Shown here one piece after another: positions 35,627-44,777 of a stretch of 45,319 nucleotides of DNA; within the stretch, counting starts at the first letter, position 1; every line of letters starts with the position of its first letter. The position numbers were made by a program, and so were the translations under genes. The DNA lies in IMG/VR virus record IMGVR_UViG_3300011438_000006, positions 1-45,319 of that record, one strand, 5' to 3'. The notes under the pieces were generated by a model. The model worked only from the letters and a program-made list of their open reading frames with translations. It was not told the DNA's origin and did no database searches. The stretch comes from a virus (Duplodnaviria > Caudoviricetes).

Positions 35627-36050
35627 ATCCACGCTGTCCGCAGCAGTCACAGACTAACCAGTCAAAAGGAGTTCCCCCCTTAAGACTGAGTAGTAAATTA
35701 GAGAAGTCGTTGTTCATGTGGTTATTATCCTTGTGAATGACGACTTCTCTTTCTGTTAATGGACGACCTAAATGTTGTTCCATTAACCACTTGTGCTCAT
35801 ACACAAGTTTCATTTCACCATCTATTTCCTTGTAAACTCTAACATATCCCTTGTCGATATGTCTAGCATTTTCTAATTTCTCTTGACGTTTCTCAGCTCT
35901 TAATGTTATGCATTCTTGACACCAACCATCCACAAGAACTTTCTTCTTTTTACATCCCCTACAGGTCTTAGCTTCAAGAGACTTAAGCAAATCCTCTGTC
36001 TCTTTAAGAAGCTCATTTATGTCCAAACCACTCTCTCTACCCTTTGCCAC
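35595..36050 (-). CDS. HNH endonuclease (HNH_3 type) with zinc ribbons
   Basis: YEHKWLMEQHLGRPL..EVVIHKDNNHMNN..SNL; CxxC pairs. Confidence 0.8.
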   Translation of the reverse strand: MAKGRESGLDINELLKETEDLLKSLEAKTCRGCKKKKVLVDGWCQECITLRAEKRQEKLENARHIDKGYVRVYKEIDGEMKLVYEHKWLMEQHLGRPLTEREVVIHKDNNHMNNDFSNLLLSLKGGTPFDWLVCDCCGQRGSISIVPLPEQ

Positions 36051-36204
36051 GAATTAGACCTTTCGATTTCAAATATTCGTACATTGCAGGACTAACCACC
36101 AAGGGTGGATTCGGCTTTGGATTTTTGAAATCCTCTCTGCATTTTTCAATGAAAGCTTTAAGTTGCTTATCCGTTACAAAAGATGCTTCTTCATCCTTCG
36201 GCAT
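36037..36204 (-). CDS. hypothetical protein (start MPKDEE)
   Basis: GGAG SD; overlaps neighbours. Confidence 0.55.
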   Translation of the reverse strand: MPKDEEASFVTDKQLKAFIEKCREDFKNPKPNPPLVVSPAMYEYLKSKGLIRGKG

Positions 36205-36442
36205 AGTAACACTCCACATTTACAGCGTTTTTGTTAATTATATGCGAGAAATGAAATCTAATCATAGGATCCCCTACAGGAAACAGCGAATCAGAAATCT
36301 GTCTAACCCGGATTTGAGATTCAGGAGCCGTTAAATACTCCGAAAATCTCTCTAATTCAAGAGTTTTACGCCGTATTCCAGCTTTATCATGTAATCTACA
36401 AATGAACACTGCTCTCCCTTCACGTACAAGCGGTGAAACCAT
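36191..36442 (-). CDS. hypothetical protein
   Basis: 83-aa ORF. Confidence 0.55.
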   Translation of the reverse strand: MVSPLVREGRAVFICRLHDKAGIRRKTLELERFSEYLTAPESQIRVRQISDSLFPVGDPMIRFHFSHIINKNAVNVECYYAEG

Positions 36443-36525
36443 ATGGGTGGATACTCAGGTGCGGATCCGCCCTATCTCCGACTCCCCTCACCGAGGGGCC
36501 GTCTGAGGCTCTAAATAGGGCATAA

Positions 36526-36588
36526 ACTGTATCCAGGTATCCAAATCGGATAGCGGTCAGCTATCGCAATACTATAGCTATAAACTAT
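36526..36588. promoter_or_regulatory. operator array C (boxes at 36526, 36550, 36574) upstream of whiB
   Basis: GTAT half-site plus two perfect ATAG-N7-CTAT boxes; 24-bp period; TACACT -10 candidate at 36598-36603. Confidence 0.6.
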
Positions 36589-36611
36589 AGGGCAAACTAC
36601 ACTGATGATAT

Positions 36612-37265
36612 ATGGGGAAACGATATCTGACAGGTGCAGCTTTTTGTCTCAACAAAGAAATACCAACGTCAGTATTTTTTTGTGATGAGGACCATCTCGG
36701 TGAAGTAGCCTATGCAAAGGCGATCTGCAATAGGTGTAATGCAAGAGATGAGTGCTTAGATGTAGCTTTAGAAAACTGGGAAGAATTCGGAATCTTTGGT
36801 GGACTGACTGCATCTGAACGTAGAACTATCCAATTCCAAGAGGCTTTGCGCCAGCATTCTTCACCGCCCAATAAACAGCGTGAGCCATTGCATCGGTCGA
36901 ATGCATCCCCTTTTTTCCCTTTACGTACTTCATTCGAAGAAATCCGTACCCCACAGGTTTCACGGTTCGACTTTGCTCGACAATTGGCGTGCCGTGTAAA
37001 CGGGATTGAAGTTTCAACGCTCCTATCACCTGAATCGTCTTCATATCGGAATGGTCAAAAGCACCTGTTCGAGACATTGCTGGATCAACTAAAAAAGACT
37101 CAACAATCATTAGATCGTGATTCGAGATATGATCCGAAAGTTCGTGTGTTGTCAAATCTCGACACTCCCCAAACTCCACCACCTTTAAAACCCCTGTTTC
37201 ACTTAGAGTTACGCTTGCCCAACCAGTCGTCTCCCCAGGATCAATCCCTAGAAGTAGCCTCATAG
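36612..37265 (+). CDS. whiB: WhiB-family Fe-S transcription factor with long C-terminal extension
   Basis: C...FF...AKAICNRC...ECL..AL...GIFGGLTASERR; four Cys. Confidence 0.9.
   Translation: MGKRYLTGAAFCLNKEIPTSVFFCDEDHLGEVAYAKAICNRCNARDECLDVALENWEEFGIFGGLTASERRTIQFQEALRQHSSPPNKQREPLHRSNASPFFPLRTSFEEIRTPQVSRFDFARQLACRVNGIEVSTLLSPESSSYRNGQKHLFETLLDQLKKTQQSLDRDSRYDPKVRVLSNLDTPQTPPPLKPLFHLELRLPNQSSPQDQSLEVAS
36826..37263 (-). CDS. RuvC-like Holliday junction resolvase
   Basis: LLGIDPGETTGWA, IVESF, HSTDAMAH. Confidence 0.85.
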   Translation of the reverse strand: MRLLLGIDPGETTGWASVTLSETGVLKVVEFGECRDLTTHELSDHISNHDLMIVESFLVDPAMSRTGAFDHSDMKTIQVIGALKLQSRLHGTPIVEQSRTVKPVGYGFLRMKYVKGKKGMHSTDAMAHAVYWAVKNAGAKPLGIG

Positions 37266-37362
37266 ACATACAGTTACAATCTCGCTAGCTGCTAGTGCAA
37301 ATCTAATATTTCTGCCATCTCTATGAAAAATCAAAGAGCCGGGTGGTTTCATATCAGTGTGT

Positions 37363-37401
37363 GACCACGGACAAAGTAGATTAACTACTTCATCCGTGGT
37401 C
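37363..37401. terminator. intergenic hairpin (terminator or processing site)
   Basis: GACCACGGA/TCCGTGGTC plus inner AAGTAG/CTACTT; no U-tract. Confidence 0.4.
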
Positions 37402-37436
37402 GAACTCCTGTAGGTGAGTTTAGTGAATTTCATGTC

Positions 37437-38072
37437 CTATTGATTCTGATCCATTGCCCAGTAGTTTCTTGCAGCTTGTGAAAGCTTTGATTGCTCCATG
37501 AGATAAACAAGATCAAGAGCTTCCATTCTTGCATCCCAAAGTGCATGATGCGGAATGTATCCGTTGAGTTCATGCTCATCACGAGCATTTCCGAATTCCG
37601 GATTTCCTCCGTATTCAATGCCGTATCTCATGCTACGCAGACACAAATTGCGATAGTGGAAAGGCTCGTCTCTATTTTGAATAGAGAAAATGTAGGCCAT
37701 CCACATTCCGTCAAATCGCATGGGATTAGCACAGAGAAATCGTTGAGTCTTATCGCCTTCGATGGATTCTACATATTCCTCAATAGTATCCAGAATTGTA
37801 TCTGCATCATAAGTTGGCAATTCTCTTAGCCATGCAGCTGCAAAAGCTGGATCATCAACTTGACGCTTCTCATTCCACCATGATTCTGTATCGGTAAGAT
37901 TGGCAGGAAATGCCCAATCCGGTGTAATTGCTTCTACGTTCCACTCCACATAGAGTTGTGATTCTTTGGGAAGAATCTCTCCATATTGAGTTACTGGAAC
38001 AATCCCTAGTGTTAATGGTTGCCCCCTCCAAGGATCAAGCGCACTGGTTTCAAAGTCGATTACAAAAAACAT
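37437..38072 (-). CDS. DEDDh 3'-5' exonuclease (DnaQ-like)
   Basis: IDFET, N..RFD, HHALWDA. Confidence 0.88.
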   Translation of the reverse strand: MFFVIDFETSALDPWRGQPLTLGIVPVTQYGEILPKESQLYVEWNVEAITPDWAFPANLTDTESWWNEKRQVDDPAFAAAWLRELPTYDADTILDTIEEYVESIEGDKTQRFLCANPMRFDGMWMAYIFSIQNRDEPFHYRNLCLRSMRYGIEYGGNPEFGNARDEHELNGYIPHHALWDARMEALDLVYLMEQSKLSQAARNYWAMDQNQ

Positions 38073-38338
38073 TAGACTGTTGGCTCCTTTAGTTCTTCTG
38101 CCATTTTTTGAGCTTTAATTGCTGACATTTTTGCATGTAGATCATTTGCCAGCTCTGGGTATTTTTCTTGACATGCGTTGATATAAGTCCAAATTGCAGC
38201 CTCTGCAAACTCATCATGGTGTAAATCCAAAACAAAATAAAAACAATATTTGTGTTTCATTTCATTATCAAAATTATATATATGATACTTAGGATACAGA
38301 TCTCTCTCTGTATCTGGAATATCTGGTGACTCATTCAT
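38072..38338 (-). CDS. conserved hypothetical phage protein
   Basis: LYPKY...YFVLDLHHDEFA.AA..Y...YPELANDL. Confidence 0.7.
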   Translation of the reverse strand: MNESPDIPDTERDLYPKYHIYNFDNEMKHKYCFYFVLDLHHDEFAEAAIWTYINACQEKYPELANDLHAKMSAIKAQKMAEELKEPTV

Positions 38339-38526
38339 CCTATTACCTCTCTAGCTATTTCATCGGCGTGAATATTAAAACAATCTTCGCACAGGGGGAC
38401 ATTACCGCAAGCACAAGGTAATTGATTACCCCATCTTTTAACAGATGCATCCATCAAACCACATCTATCACATGGTACTTTTCTGGTATCCACTGGTGGA
38501 CCAAAGGTGAGTTGATATCTACCCAT
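38335..38526 (-). CDS. zinc-finger protein (start MGRYQL)
   Basis: CDRC...CAC...LCEDC...H. Confidence 0.6.
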   Translation of the reverse strand: MGRYQLTFGPPVDTRKVPCDRCGLMDASVKRWGNQLPCACGNVPLCEDCFNIHADEIAREVIG

Positions 38527-38831
38527 TATGTTCCCTCGAAATGACAAACTGTACACAGAAGTACTTGTCCATCTAGAAACCATTTATTGATATGTTCGCA
38601 TACAACTCCTGTTTCTTTGTGTACTACATATAACCCCATACCGTAATCACGAGCAGCTTTAAATTCAAACTCTGGTTTAAGAGAGTGGATTCTCCAACCC
38701 ATTTCTCCCTTTGGAGTTTCAATTCGCTCTACACCACTAGATGAATTAAGATGTTCGTTATAGTATCTAAGTTGTTCCTCAGCTGCTTCTTCATCGGACA
38801 GGGGTACTATGTCTGATATAAACCATCCCAT
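38526..38831 (-). CDS. hypothetical zinc-binding protein
   Basis: CEH...CTVC. Confidence 0.65.
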   Translation of the reverse strand: MGWFISDIVPLSDEEAAEEQLRYYNEHLNSSSGVERIETPKGEMGWRIHSLKPEFEFKAARDYGMGLYVVHKETGVVCEHINKWFLDGQVLLCTVCHFEGT

Positions 38832-39190
38832 TAGGATACACTTTCTGCGAAAATCTTAGCACATTCTTTAGCTTGCTCTACTGTTCTAATGGTTTGACTT
38901 TGAAATTCATCTCCAACAGCAAACCCCTGCATAGCTCTATGGGACCAACCATACCATTTTTCTGTAAGCTGGCAATAACCAATAGAACATACTGCGGACG
39001 TTGCAGTTCTAAATTCTGGAACTATTCCTTCAGATGTTAGAAACGCTGCCCAACTTGGTTCACCTATATATTTACCATCTTGAGTATAAGCTATTTCTAT
39101 CTCCATCATATTTGTACCAGTTCCATCAAAGTCATGTTGTTCTTTTTGAACAACATATTCACCCATATCAGTTTTTTCTAAAATCTTCAT
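38831..39190 (-). CDS. conserved hypothetical phage protein
   Basis: CSIGY...KWYGWSHRA..GF.VGD...FAESVS. Confidence 0.75.
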   Translation of the reverse strand: MKILEKTDMGEYVVQKEQHDFDGTGTNMMEIEIAYTQDGKYIGEPSWAAFLTSEGIVPEFRTATSAVCSIGYCQLTEKWYGWSHRAMQGFAVGDEFQSQTIRTVEQAKECAKIFAESVS

Positions 39191-40845
39191 TAGTTTAACC
39201 TCTTTATGTCAGTGCTGAATAATAAACCGAAATCTTTTTCTGTCCAGTCAGACATATGGTGGGTTGCTTCTTCCGCATCCTTTTCAGAATCACAATTAAT
39301 CCATACGCTATCATGAACTTGGTTTCGCATGTCAAATCCGGCCTTCTCAAGACGGAGCATCGACCTCTTGACAAGTTCAAATGCTCCTCCTTGAACGACA
39401 GCATTAAATGCCTTGCGACATTCCGATTGATATTTAAAATGCCGTACTCGTCCAGAAAAAAGACGTACCTGCCCTTTAGAGATAGCGAGTGCTTCAGCAT
39501 TATCAGCAAATCGAAATAATTCCGGATAACCCCTACGATAGTCGCCGTAGACTCTTTTCGCCTGATTGAAACCAATTTTAGCTTGGAAAGATAGAGCTTC
39601 TGGCCCTCCACCATAAATAAGTAAGAAGTTGACAATTTTTGCCAACTGTCTTGAGATTCCAAGTGAGTCTGCAACCGTTTGGTGAACATCACCCTCCTCT
39701 TTAAATACTTGTAGTAGTGATGCACACTGAGAATATACAGCGGCCATTCTCATTTCTAGATTTCGGAAGTCAACTTCCCAGAGTTGCATTCCTGATTCGG
39801 GATGAAACATCTTTTTGACCGGCGAATCACGAGGAACCTGTTGGAGATTAGGGTTTTCACAAGATAGCCGTCCAGTGACTGTGCCGTGCATTTTGAACGT
39901 CGGATGGAGTCTGGCATTAGTTCCAGAGATAGCCAAGTAGTTGGCAAAATAAGAAGATGCCAACTTCTGACACCGGCGATATTCCAAGATGAGTCCACAG
40001 ACAGGATGGTTTGTTTTCTCCAAGAAATCAGTATTGATCTGTGGTTTTCCTTTAGGGGTGTGACTAAGAGGAGTAAGTCCATAACCCACAGGACTAGGTT
40101 TGAAGAGTTTCTCCTGTAGGAGATTAGAGGAACCGCAATCCCATCCCAATTCTCTTTTGATATTTTCCATCCGTGTTCGGCATAGGATTTCTTGTTCTTC
40201 ACATTTCTTCTTATCAAGAGGAATACCCCTCCCTTCAATGTCCAGCAAACAATAAAGAAAGTATCTATCAACTTCGTTCCAAGCTGCTTCATACGGTCCG
40301 AAACTAGGGCGCAAGGCGTCGAATAGTTGTAGAGTAGCCATAGCATCTTCTTGCGCATATTGGTGCATCCCGTATATCAGTGAGTTGTCCCAGTCAATCA
40401 TGAGAGCTTTTTTAAGCTTCACATTTTTTGGAACAGTGCAGTATTTCTGCGAAAGCGTATCTAGATCGTGGTATTCATTTTCATCAATAAAATGATGCAT
40501 AAGCATCGTATCGAACAGATTATTGAATCTACCTTCATAACCCAATGCTCTAAGCACATGCAAGTCGAACTTAGCATTATGCATTAGAATCGTAAATGGC
40601 TCCAAATCCTGAAAGAATTGTGGAGGTATATAATCAATATTTTCCTGAGGATCACCTAAAAAAGGTTTATGCCCTACAGGAATGTACCAATGGTCATTTT
40701 CCTGAGCAATTGATACACCTAAACAGAATCTAGCTTCATGTGAATCTGTCCAATTTGTTTCAGTATCAATTGCTATAGGACTATTTGGTCTAGAGGCCAA
40801 GGTCGATTGTACCTGGCTTAATTGTGTCCGGTCGCTCACTATCAA
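39190..40845 (-). CDS. polA: DNA polymerase family A with 3'-5' exonuclease
   Basis: ExoI IDTET, ExoII HNAKFD, ExoIII YAQED; TGRLS..PNLQQ; motif A DFRNLEMR, B RQLAKIVNFLLIYG, C VHDS. Confidence 0.95.
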   Translation of the reverse strand: MIVSDRTQLSQVQSTLASRPNSPIAIDTETNWTDSHEARFCLGVSIAQENDHWYIPVGHKPFLGDPQENIDYIPPQFFQDLEPFTILMHNAKFDLHVLRALGYEGRFNNLFDTMLMHHFIDENEYHDLDTLSQKYCTVPKNVKLKKALMIDWDNSLIYGMHQYAQEDAMATLQLFDALRPSFGPYEAAWNEVDRYFLYCLLDIEGRGIPLDKKKCEEQEILCRTRMENIKRELGWDCGSSNLLQEKLFKPSPVGYGLTPLSHTPKGKPQINTDFLEKTNHPVCGLILEYRRCQKLASSYFANYLAISGTNARLHPTFKMHGTVTGRLSCENPNLQQVPRDSPVKKMFHPESGMQLWEVDFRNLEMRMAAVYSQCASLLQVFKEEGDVHQTVADSLGISRQLAKIVNFLLIYGGGPEALSFQAKIGFNQAKRVYGDYRRGYPELFRFADNAEALAISKGQVRLFSGRVRHFKYQSECRKAFNAVVQGGAFELVKRSMLRLEKAGFDMRNQVHDSVWINCDSEKDAEEATHHMSDWTEKDFGLLFSTDIKRLN

Positions 40846-42460
40846 AAGGCAATGTTCCTTTCACGGAGAAGTATAGTGACTCAGGATCTTGTTCCAGTTC
40901 CACCATGAATTTGCGATCGTATCTACCCTTCAAATTATACAAAGCAATCTGAGTATCATCATCAACATCACGTTCAAGATTTAGTACAGTATCAGAATCT
41001 TTACCGAATATGTAAGATCCATAAACATCGCCCAATTGAGTTTCCTTGAATTTTTTCCTGGAGGTGTCTTTACGATTATGGTGTATGCATACCCAGGCGG
41101 TATTGTATTTACGTCTACACTTTTTAATCCAGCGTGTAATCGCTCTAGCCTCAGATTCTTTAAGTTCCTCAGATGCGAGTTCTGTGAGAGAATCCAGAAA
41201 AACAATATCGGGTTCATATTCAGCTATAATCTCCTCATATTCAAGGAGAGTTTTCTCCTCGTCCAAAACCCTGAATCCGACGTCCCACTTCTCATTGTTT
41301 GCGAACTTTTTGTTCAAGTGTTGGAAAATGTACTGAAGTTCTACGGAACTCATTTCCAAGCTCAACAAGAGTATCTTCAATTGATTGTGGGAAACGTCCC
41401 TCCCTAAAAATTCCGGCTGTGTAAGCAGATGGTAACCCATCTCTATTGCTAAGGAGGTCTTTCCAGCAGCCGGGGGTCCAGTAAGTATCATAAAACCCTT
41501 GGTATGAAGCCAACCAGGAATTATCCAATCCAATGTCTCCTTATGATTGATGATATCCAGTGGAGAGTATAATGTCCACCCTTCCTCCACTTGATGCGCT
41601 AATAATGCGAGGCTCGCCAGTTCTGATAGCCTCGTTAATTTGTCTCTGCGTCCTTTGAACTTTCCCACTCTGTCGTCCATATAAGACAAAAGAGTAACGA
41701 TCTGTAGGTGATTGCATCCTTGTTCTGCCATTTCGTGAGCAGTTTTAGTCAAGAAACTAGACCTAGAACCGAAGTCCGGAGTTTCCGACATTATTCTTTT
41801 CTTCGTATGAACGTGCAGAGGGAGAGCTTTCAGTAACTCTCCTGGATCAAGCAACATAGTTGCATTGAGTCTAATTACTTCCCGCTCGACTATTGGAGCA
41901 ACATCGAAAATGCTCAACAACTTAGGAAGCGGGTGTTCCTCCAATGTTTTCAAAGTTACCGGAACACCATTGTGCTTCCAGTTTTTTGAAAGAGGAGGGC
42001 GAAGAACTTGAGTAGCATCGTATCCAGAAGCATCTGCCTCTAGATAAAACATCAATCGTCTATTGATGCCTTCGAGTTGTGCAACATCGGTAAAATATGG
42101 TACTTTCCAATAGCAGTGCATATGGGTGTCGCTACTAGTTTGTACAATACAATCTGGTTCAGGTAAGTCCTGAAAGTCAATCGCTTGTTGCCCATCAAAC
42201 TCCACCCATACTACAGATGTTCCTTGCACATTTGGTTTCAATGCATTCAAATCGGATTTGTATAAAGCTGGTGCTACGTATACATCTAGCTTCTCCTGAT
42301 TCTTGGTGACATAATCGTAGACTTTAGATTTCCCCATAGGCCACTTGAAGAACTTTTGTTCCCAAGATTGATTAACTGCCAGAGTATCTTTCGTTGCTAC
42401 GTATACGTAACCCTCGGTTTCTTCGAACAAAAAGTCTAAGAACCTCGAAAGATCGTCCAT
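40790..42460 (-). CDS. primase-helicase (RepB-like/AEP primase plus SF4/AAA_25 helicase)
   Basis: WVEFD, TSS..HCYW, D.TQVLRPP; GPPAAGKT, LEMS, FLDS, HHNRK. Confidence 0.88.
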   Translation of the reverse strand: MDDLSRFLDFLFEETEGYVYVATKDTLAVNQSWEQKFFKWPMGKSKVYDYVTKNQEKLDVYVAPALYKSDLNALKPNVQGTSVVWVEFDGQQAIDFQDLPEPDCIVQTSSDTHMHCYWKVPYFTDVAQLEGINRRLMFYLEADASGYDATQVLRPPLSKNWKHNGVPVTLKTLEEHPLPKLLSIFDVAPIVEREVIRLNATMLLDPGELLKALPLHVHTKKRIMSETPDFGSRSSFLTKTAHEMAEQGCNHLQIVTLLSYMDDRVGKFKGRRDKLTRLSELASLALLAHQVEEGWTLYSPLDIINHKETLDWIIPGWLHTKGFMILTGPPAAGKTSLAIEMGYHLLTQPEFLGRDVSHNQLKILLLSLEMSSVELQYIFQHLNKKFANNEKWDVGFRVLDEEKTLLEYEEIIAEYEPDIVFLDSLTELASEELKESEARAITRWIKKCRRKYNTAWVCIHHNRKDTSRKKFKETQLGDVYGSYIFGKDSDTVLNLERDVDDDTQIALYNLKGRYDRKFMVELEQDPESLYFSVKGTLPFDSERPDTIKPGTIDLGL

Positions 42461-42481
42461 CTCTCATCTCGTACAAAAACG

Positions 42482-42523
42482 TAGAAAGGGAGGCCAGCAC
42501 CGAAATACCGACCTCCCTTTCTA
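42482..42523 (-). terminator. hairpin immediately after ssb stop
   Basis: 12-bp stem TAGAAAGGGAGG/CCTCCCTTTCTA followed by CGTTTTT on - strand. Confidence 0.65.
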
Positions 42524-42524
42524 G

Positions 42525-42989
42525 TTAGCTGACAGAATGCCAAGCAACGATGTTGCCGTAAATCTTGCCACCCTCTTCCTTGTGCTTCACAGTTCCACCA
42601 ATCTTTGTTCCGATCATAGGAACTCCGTTGAGGCTACGCACAGTGAAGTCAGGAATTGTCTCGTCGTAAGTTTCGGTATCTTCTGGATCGTTGATATCGA
42701 AGGTCATACGATCAACTTCGTCGTCAGTCTGATTCAGCCACTTAGTAATGAAAGCCTTAACAAAAGACTTCGAAACTGGCGTGTTCTGAATGTTGACATT
42801 CTCAAGATGAATTCTGCCAACTTCGTCAGCATTGTCCTCTGAGACTTCTAGCTGAAGGCGAAGATTATGACCCTTCTTACCTTCTTGAGCCTTCTTCAAA
42901 GTAACATCAGCAATGTCGAAGATGAAATCACCTTCAGGTAGTGGAGTGCCAGCGGAGGCAATTCCACCCAGGTCCATATCAATAGGCAT
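42525..42989 (-). CDS. single-stranded DNA-binding protein (DUF669-like)
   Basis: PLPEGDF..I..V, OB-like strands; follows AAA ATPase. Confidence 0.7.
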   Translation of the reverse strand: MPIDMDLGGIASAGTPLPEGDFIFDIADVTLKKAQEGKKGHNLRLQLEVSEDNADEVGRIHLENVNIQNTPVSKSFVKAFITKWLNQTDDEVDRMTFDINDPEDTETYDETIPDFTVRSLNGVPMIGTKIGGTVKHKEEGGKIYGNIVAWHSVS

Positions 42990-43746
42990 CAGTTAGTTCT
43001 CCAATTCCAAAGAGTTTATCCCATGTGGGATCTTCTATTTCCTGACTCGTTAATCCATACCGATTCTTAGCAATATACAGTCCCTTTCTACGGACTAGCA
43101 TAGTGCTCTTAGTTTCGGATACGGATTTTCCTGCAACTACTTTCTGGGTAGTTTTATTCTGGAGACGAATCACCCCAGATACCAACTGTTTCACCGAAGC
43201 ATGTAACGCTGGTGTAACAGAAGGACCTATTTCAACACGTCTTCTGCTTTCTCCTTCGCCTTCCCAATAGGTCTGTTCGTGACCCACTACGACAACGTTA
43301 ATTGCTGCGTGTTGAAGATCCATTAGCATTCGATTGAATATGGTTGTGGACCAACGATAATCAGTCCATTCAGGCATACCACCTTTCTCACCTTTTTGCT
43401 TACCAGTAGTCATCCAGTGATTTAACTGGAAAGTCTGTGAAGTGGAAAGGGTATCAAATGCAAGAGTCTTAAACTTTGTCTTCTCTATGTTCTTAACGAA
43501 ATCTCTAACGTCATTTGGATTGTCCTTCGGTGTAACTGGGACAACTTCAATATCCGTTTTCCAGGAGGGGCGAATAGTTTCAGCAGCTCTTTTAATTGTA
43601 TCTGAGCTTCTCTCAAAATCAATCCACACAGCAGGCTTAGGACAATTGTCAGCAATCCAGAATGTTTTTCCCTCACCTTCTGGTCCATACAGGAGTACCT
43701 TTACGAACCATTCAATTTCATCCAGTGTCAATGGTTTTAGGGTCAT
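42979..43746 (-). CDS. AAA_24 / Sak4-like ATPase (recombination)
   Basis: LLYGPEGEGKT, IDFE, FDTLS, VVGHE, AKNR. Confidence 0.85.
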   Translation of the reverse strand: MTLKPLTLDEIEWFVKVLLYGPEGEGKTFWIADNCPKPAVWIDFERSSDTIKRAAETIRPSWKTDIEVVPVTPKDNPNDVRDFVKNIEKTKFKTLAFDTLSTSQTFQLNHWMTTGKQKGEKGGMPEWTDYRWSTTIFNRMLMDLQHAAINVVVVGHEQTYWEGEGESRRRVEIGPSVTPALHASVKQLVSGVIRLQNKTTQKVVAGKSVSETKSTMLVRRKGLYIAKNRYGLTSQEIEDPTWDKLFGIGELTDAY

Positions 43747-43957
43747 AGCTAATATTCACCTCATGTTCAACAATTACAACGCCATGCACTATTTTATCAA
43801 CTACACGATAGAAGCCTTTACCGTTAGACGGGACTGCGACCGTTAATAGAGAACCATCCATCAGATGAATCACTATCTCTTTGATCGGAGCCGTTAACCT
43901 TGGTGTGCTTTCGTGCAATCTCTGTGAATTTCCTGAACTCATAGTCTCTCTCGACAT
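43718..43957 (-). CDS. hypothetical protein (start uncertain; overlaps nuclease 3' end)
   Basis: Beta-rich C-terminal part fills the gap between nuclease and ATPase. Confidence 0.45.
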   Translation of the reverse strand: MSRETMSSGNSQRLHESTPRLTAPIKEIVIHLMDGSLLTVAVPSNGKGFYRVVDKIVHGVVIVEHEVNISYDPKTIDTG

Positions 43958-44777
43958 GCTTGTAGTTGGATTCAAGCATACCTTTGATAGACAATCCACG
44001 CAACTCAAAGTTACAGGGGTTCCTAAACTTACAACCTTTGCAATTGAAGCTACTGATATGTCTAATCGCAGGTACAGTCTGCATATGATAGACATATTCA
44101 GTGAAGTATGTCCAGAAGGCTTCTAGGTATTCTTTGGTCAAAGTCTTTCTGAACAACCCAAAAAGCTGATCGTTGGATGCGGCACCCTTGTAATCTATCT
44201 TGGAATTGACCCAAGAAATTTCTACAATTGGAACCTCACCGAACAACAGCCAGATAATACATGCATACAGGATGAGTTGAGAATCCATTTCAACAGAGTC
44301 ATCGGAATGTGCAGATTTGTTTTCACCAGTCTTGTGGTCTCTTAGAATAAGTCTACCTCTAGACCTATACAAAAGATCGACAATACCATGCAAACCAGCT
44401 TCTTCATATAGAGGATGGATCAATTCCTTTTCTACCTCTACGATTTCAATACCCTTGTCTATGTCTTCCGTTCGACGATCTAAGTACCTACGGAATATGA
44501 TATGAACCTGCGTGAGCGTGCCAATAAAATCGTCATGTACTTCCATGATATCATTCCGCATCTTGGTATCCATAGCGGAAAAGGTAAGCGGGTCTCCTAC
44601 TTTATACCCAGCCTTCAAAAGCTGGTAGTAGAAATGCGCTAATTCATGGAAATAGAGTCCAACCTCAAAGTGCTTCTCAGTCCCAAGATTGGGACGATAC
44701 CCCATCTCATAGATGTACTTATGAAGTTGTGGACATTTTTGATGACAACTAAACTGACTGGGACTCACTAAATACAT
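43824..44777 (-). CDS. Cas4-like / RecB-family PD-(D/E)XK exonuclease
   Basis: SPSQ..CP, G..FH, E.E, GIVDL, DHKTG, QL..Y, CKGCKFRNPC. Confidence 0.88.
   Translation of the reverse strand: MYLVSPSQFSCHQKCPQLHKYIYEMGYRPNLGTEKHFEVGLYFHELAHFYYQLLKAGYKVGDPLTFSAMDTKMRNDIMEVHDDFIGTLTQVHIIFRRYLDRRTEDIDKGIEIVEVEKELIHPLYEEAGLHGIVDLLYRSRGRLILRDHKTGENKSAHSDDSVEMDSQLILYACIIWLLFGEVPIVEISWVNSKIDYKGAASNDQLFGLFRKTLTKEYLEAFWTYFTEYVYHMQTVPAIRHISSFNCKGCKFRNPCNFELRGLSIKGMLESNYKHVERDYEFRKFTEIARKHTKVNGSDQRDSDSSDGWFSINGRSPV

Noticed and set aside
36445-36507. HDV-like ribozyme
   Set aside because: Helix order is suggestive, but P1 pairs poorly and there is no J4/2 strand with the catalytic C
39204-40358. Long alternate-frame ORFs (173 and 200 aa) inside polA
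   Set aside because: Fully nested shadow frames with no SD or motifs; PolA is uninterrupted
43824-44777. CRISPR-Cas system (Cas4)
   Set aside because: Stand-alone phage Cas4-like nuclease in a recombination module; no cas1/cas2 and no repeat-spacer array
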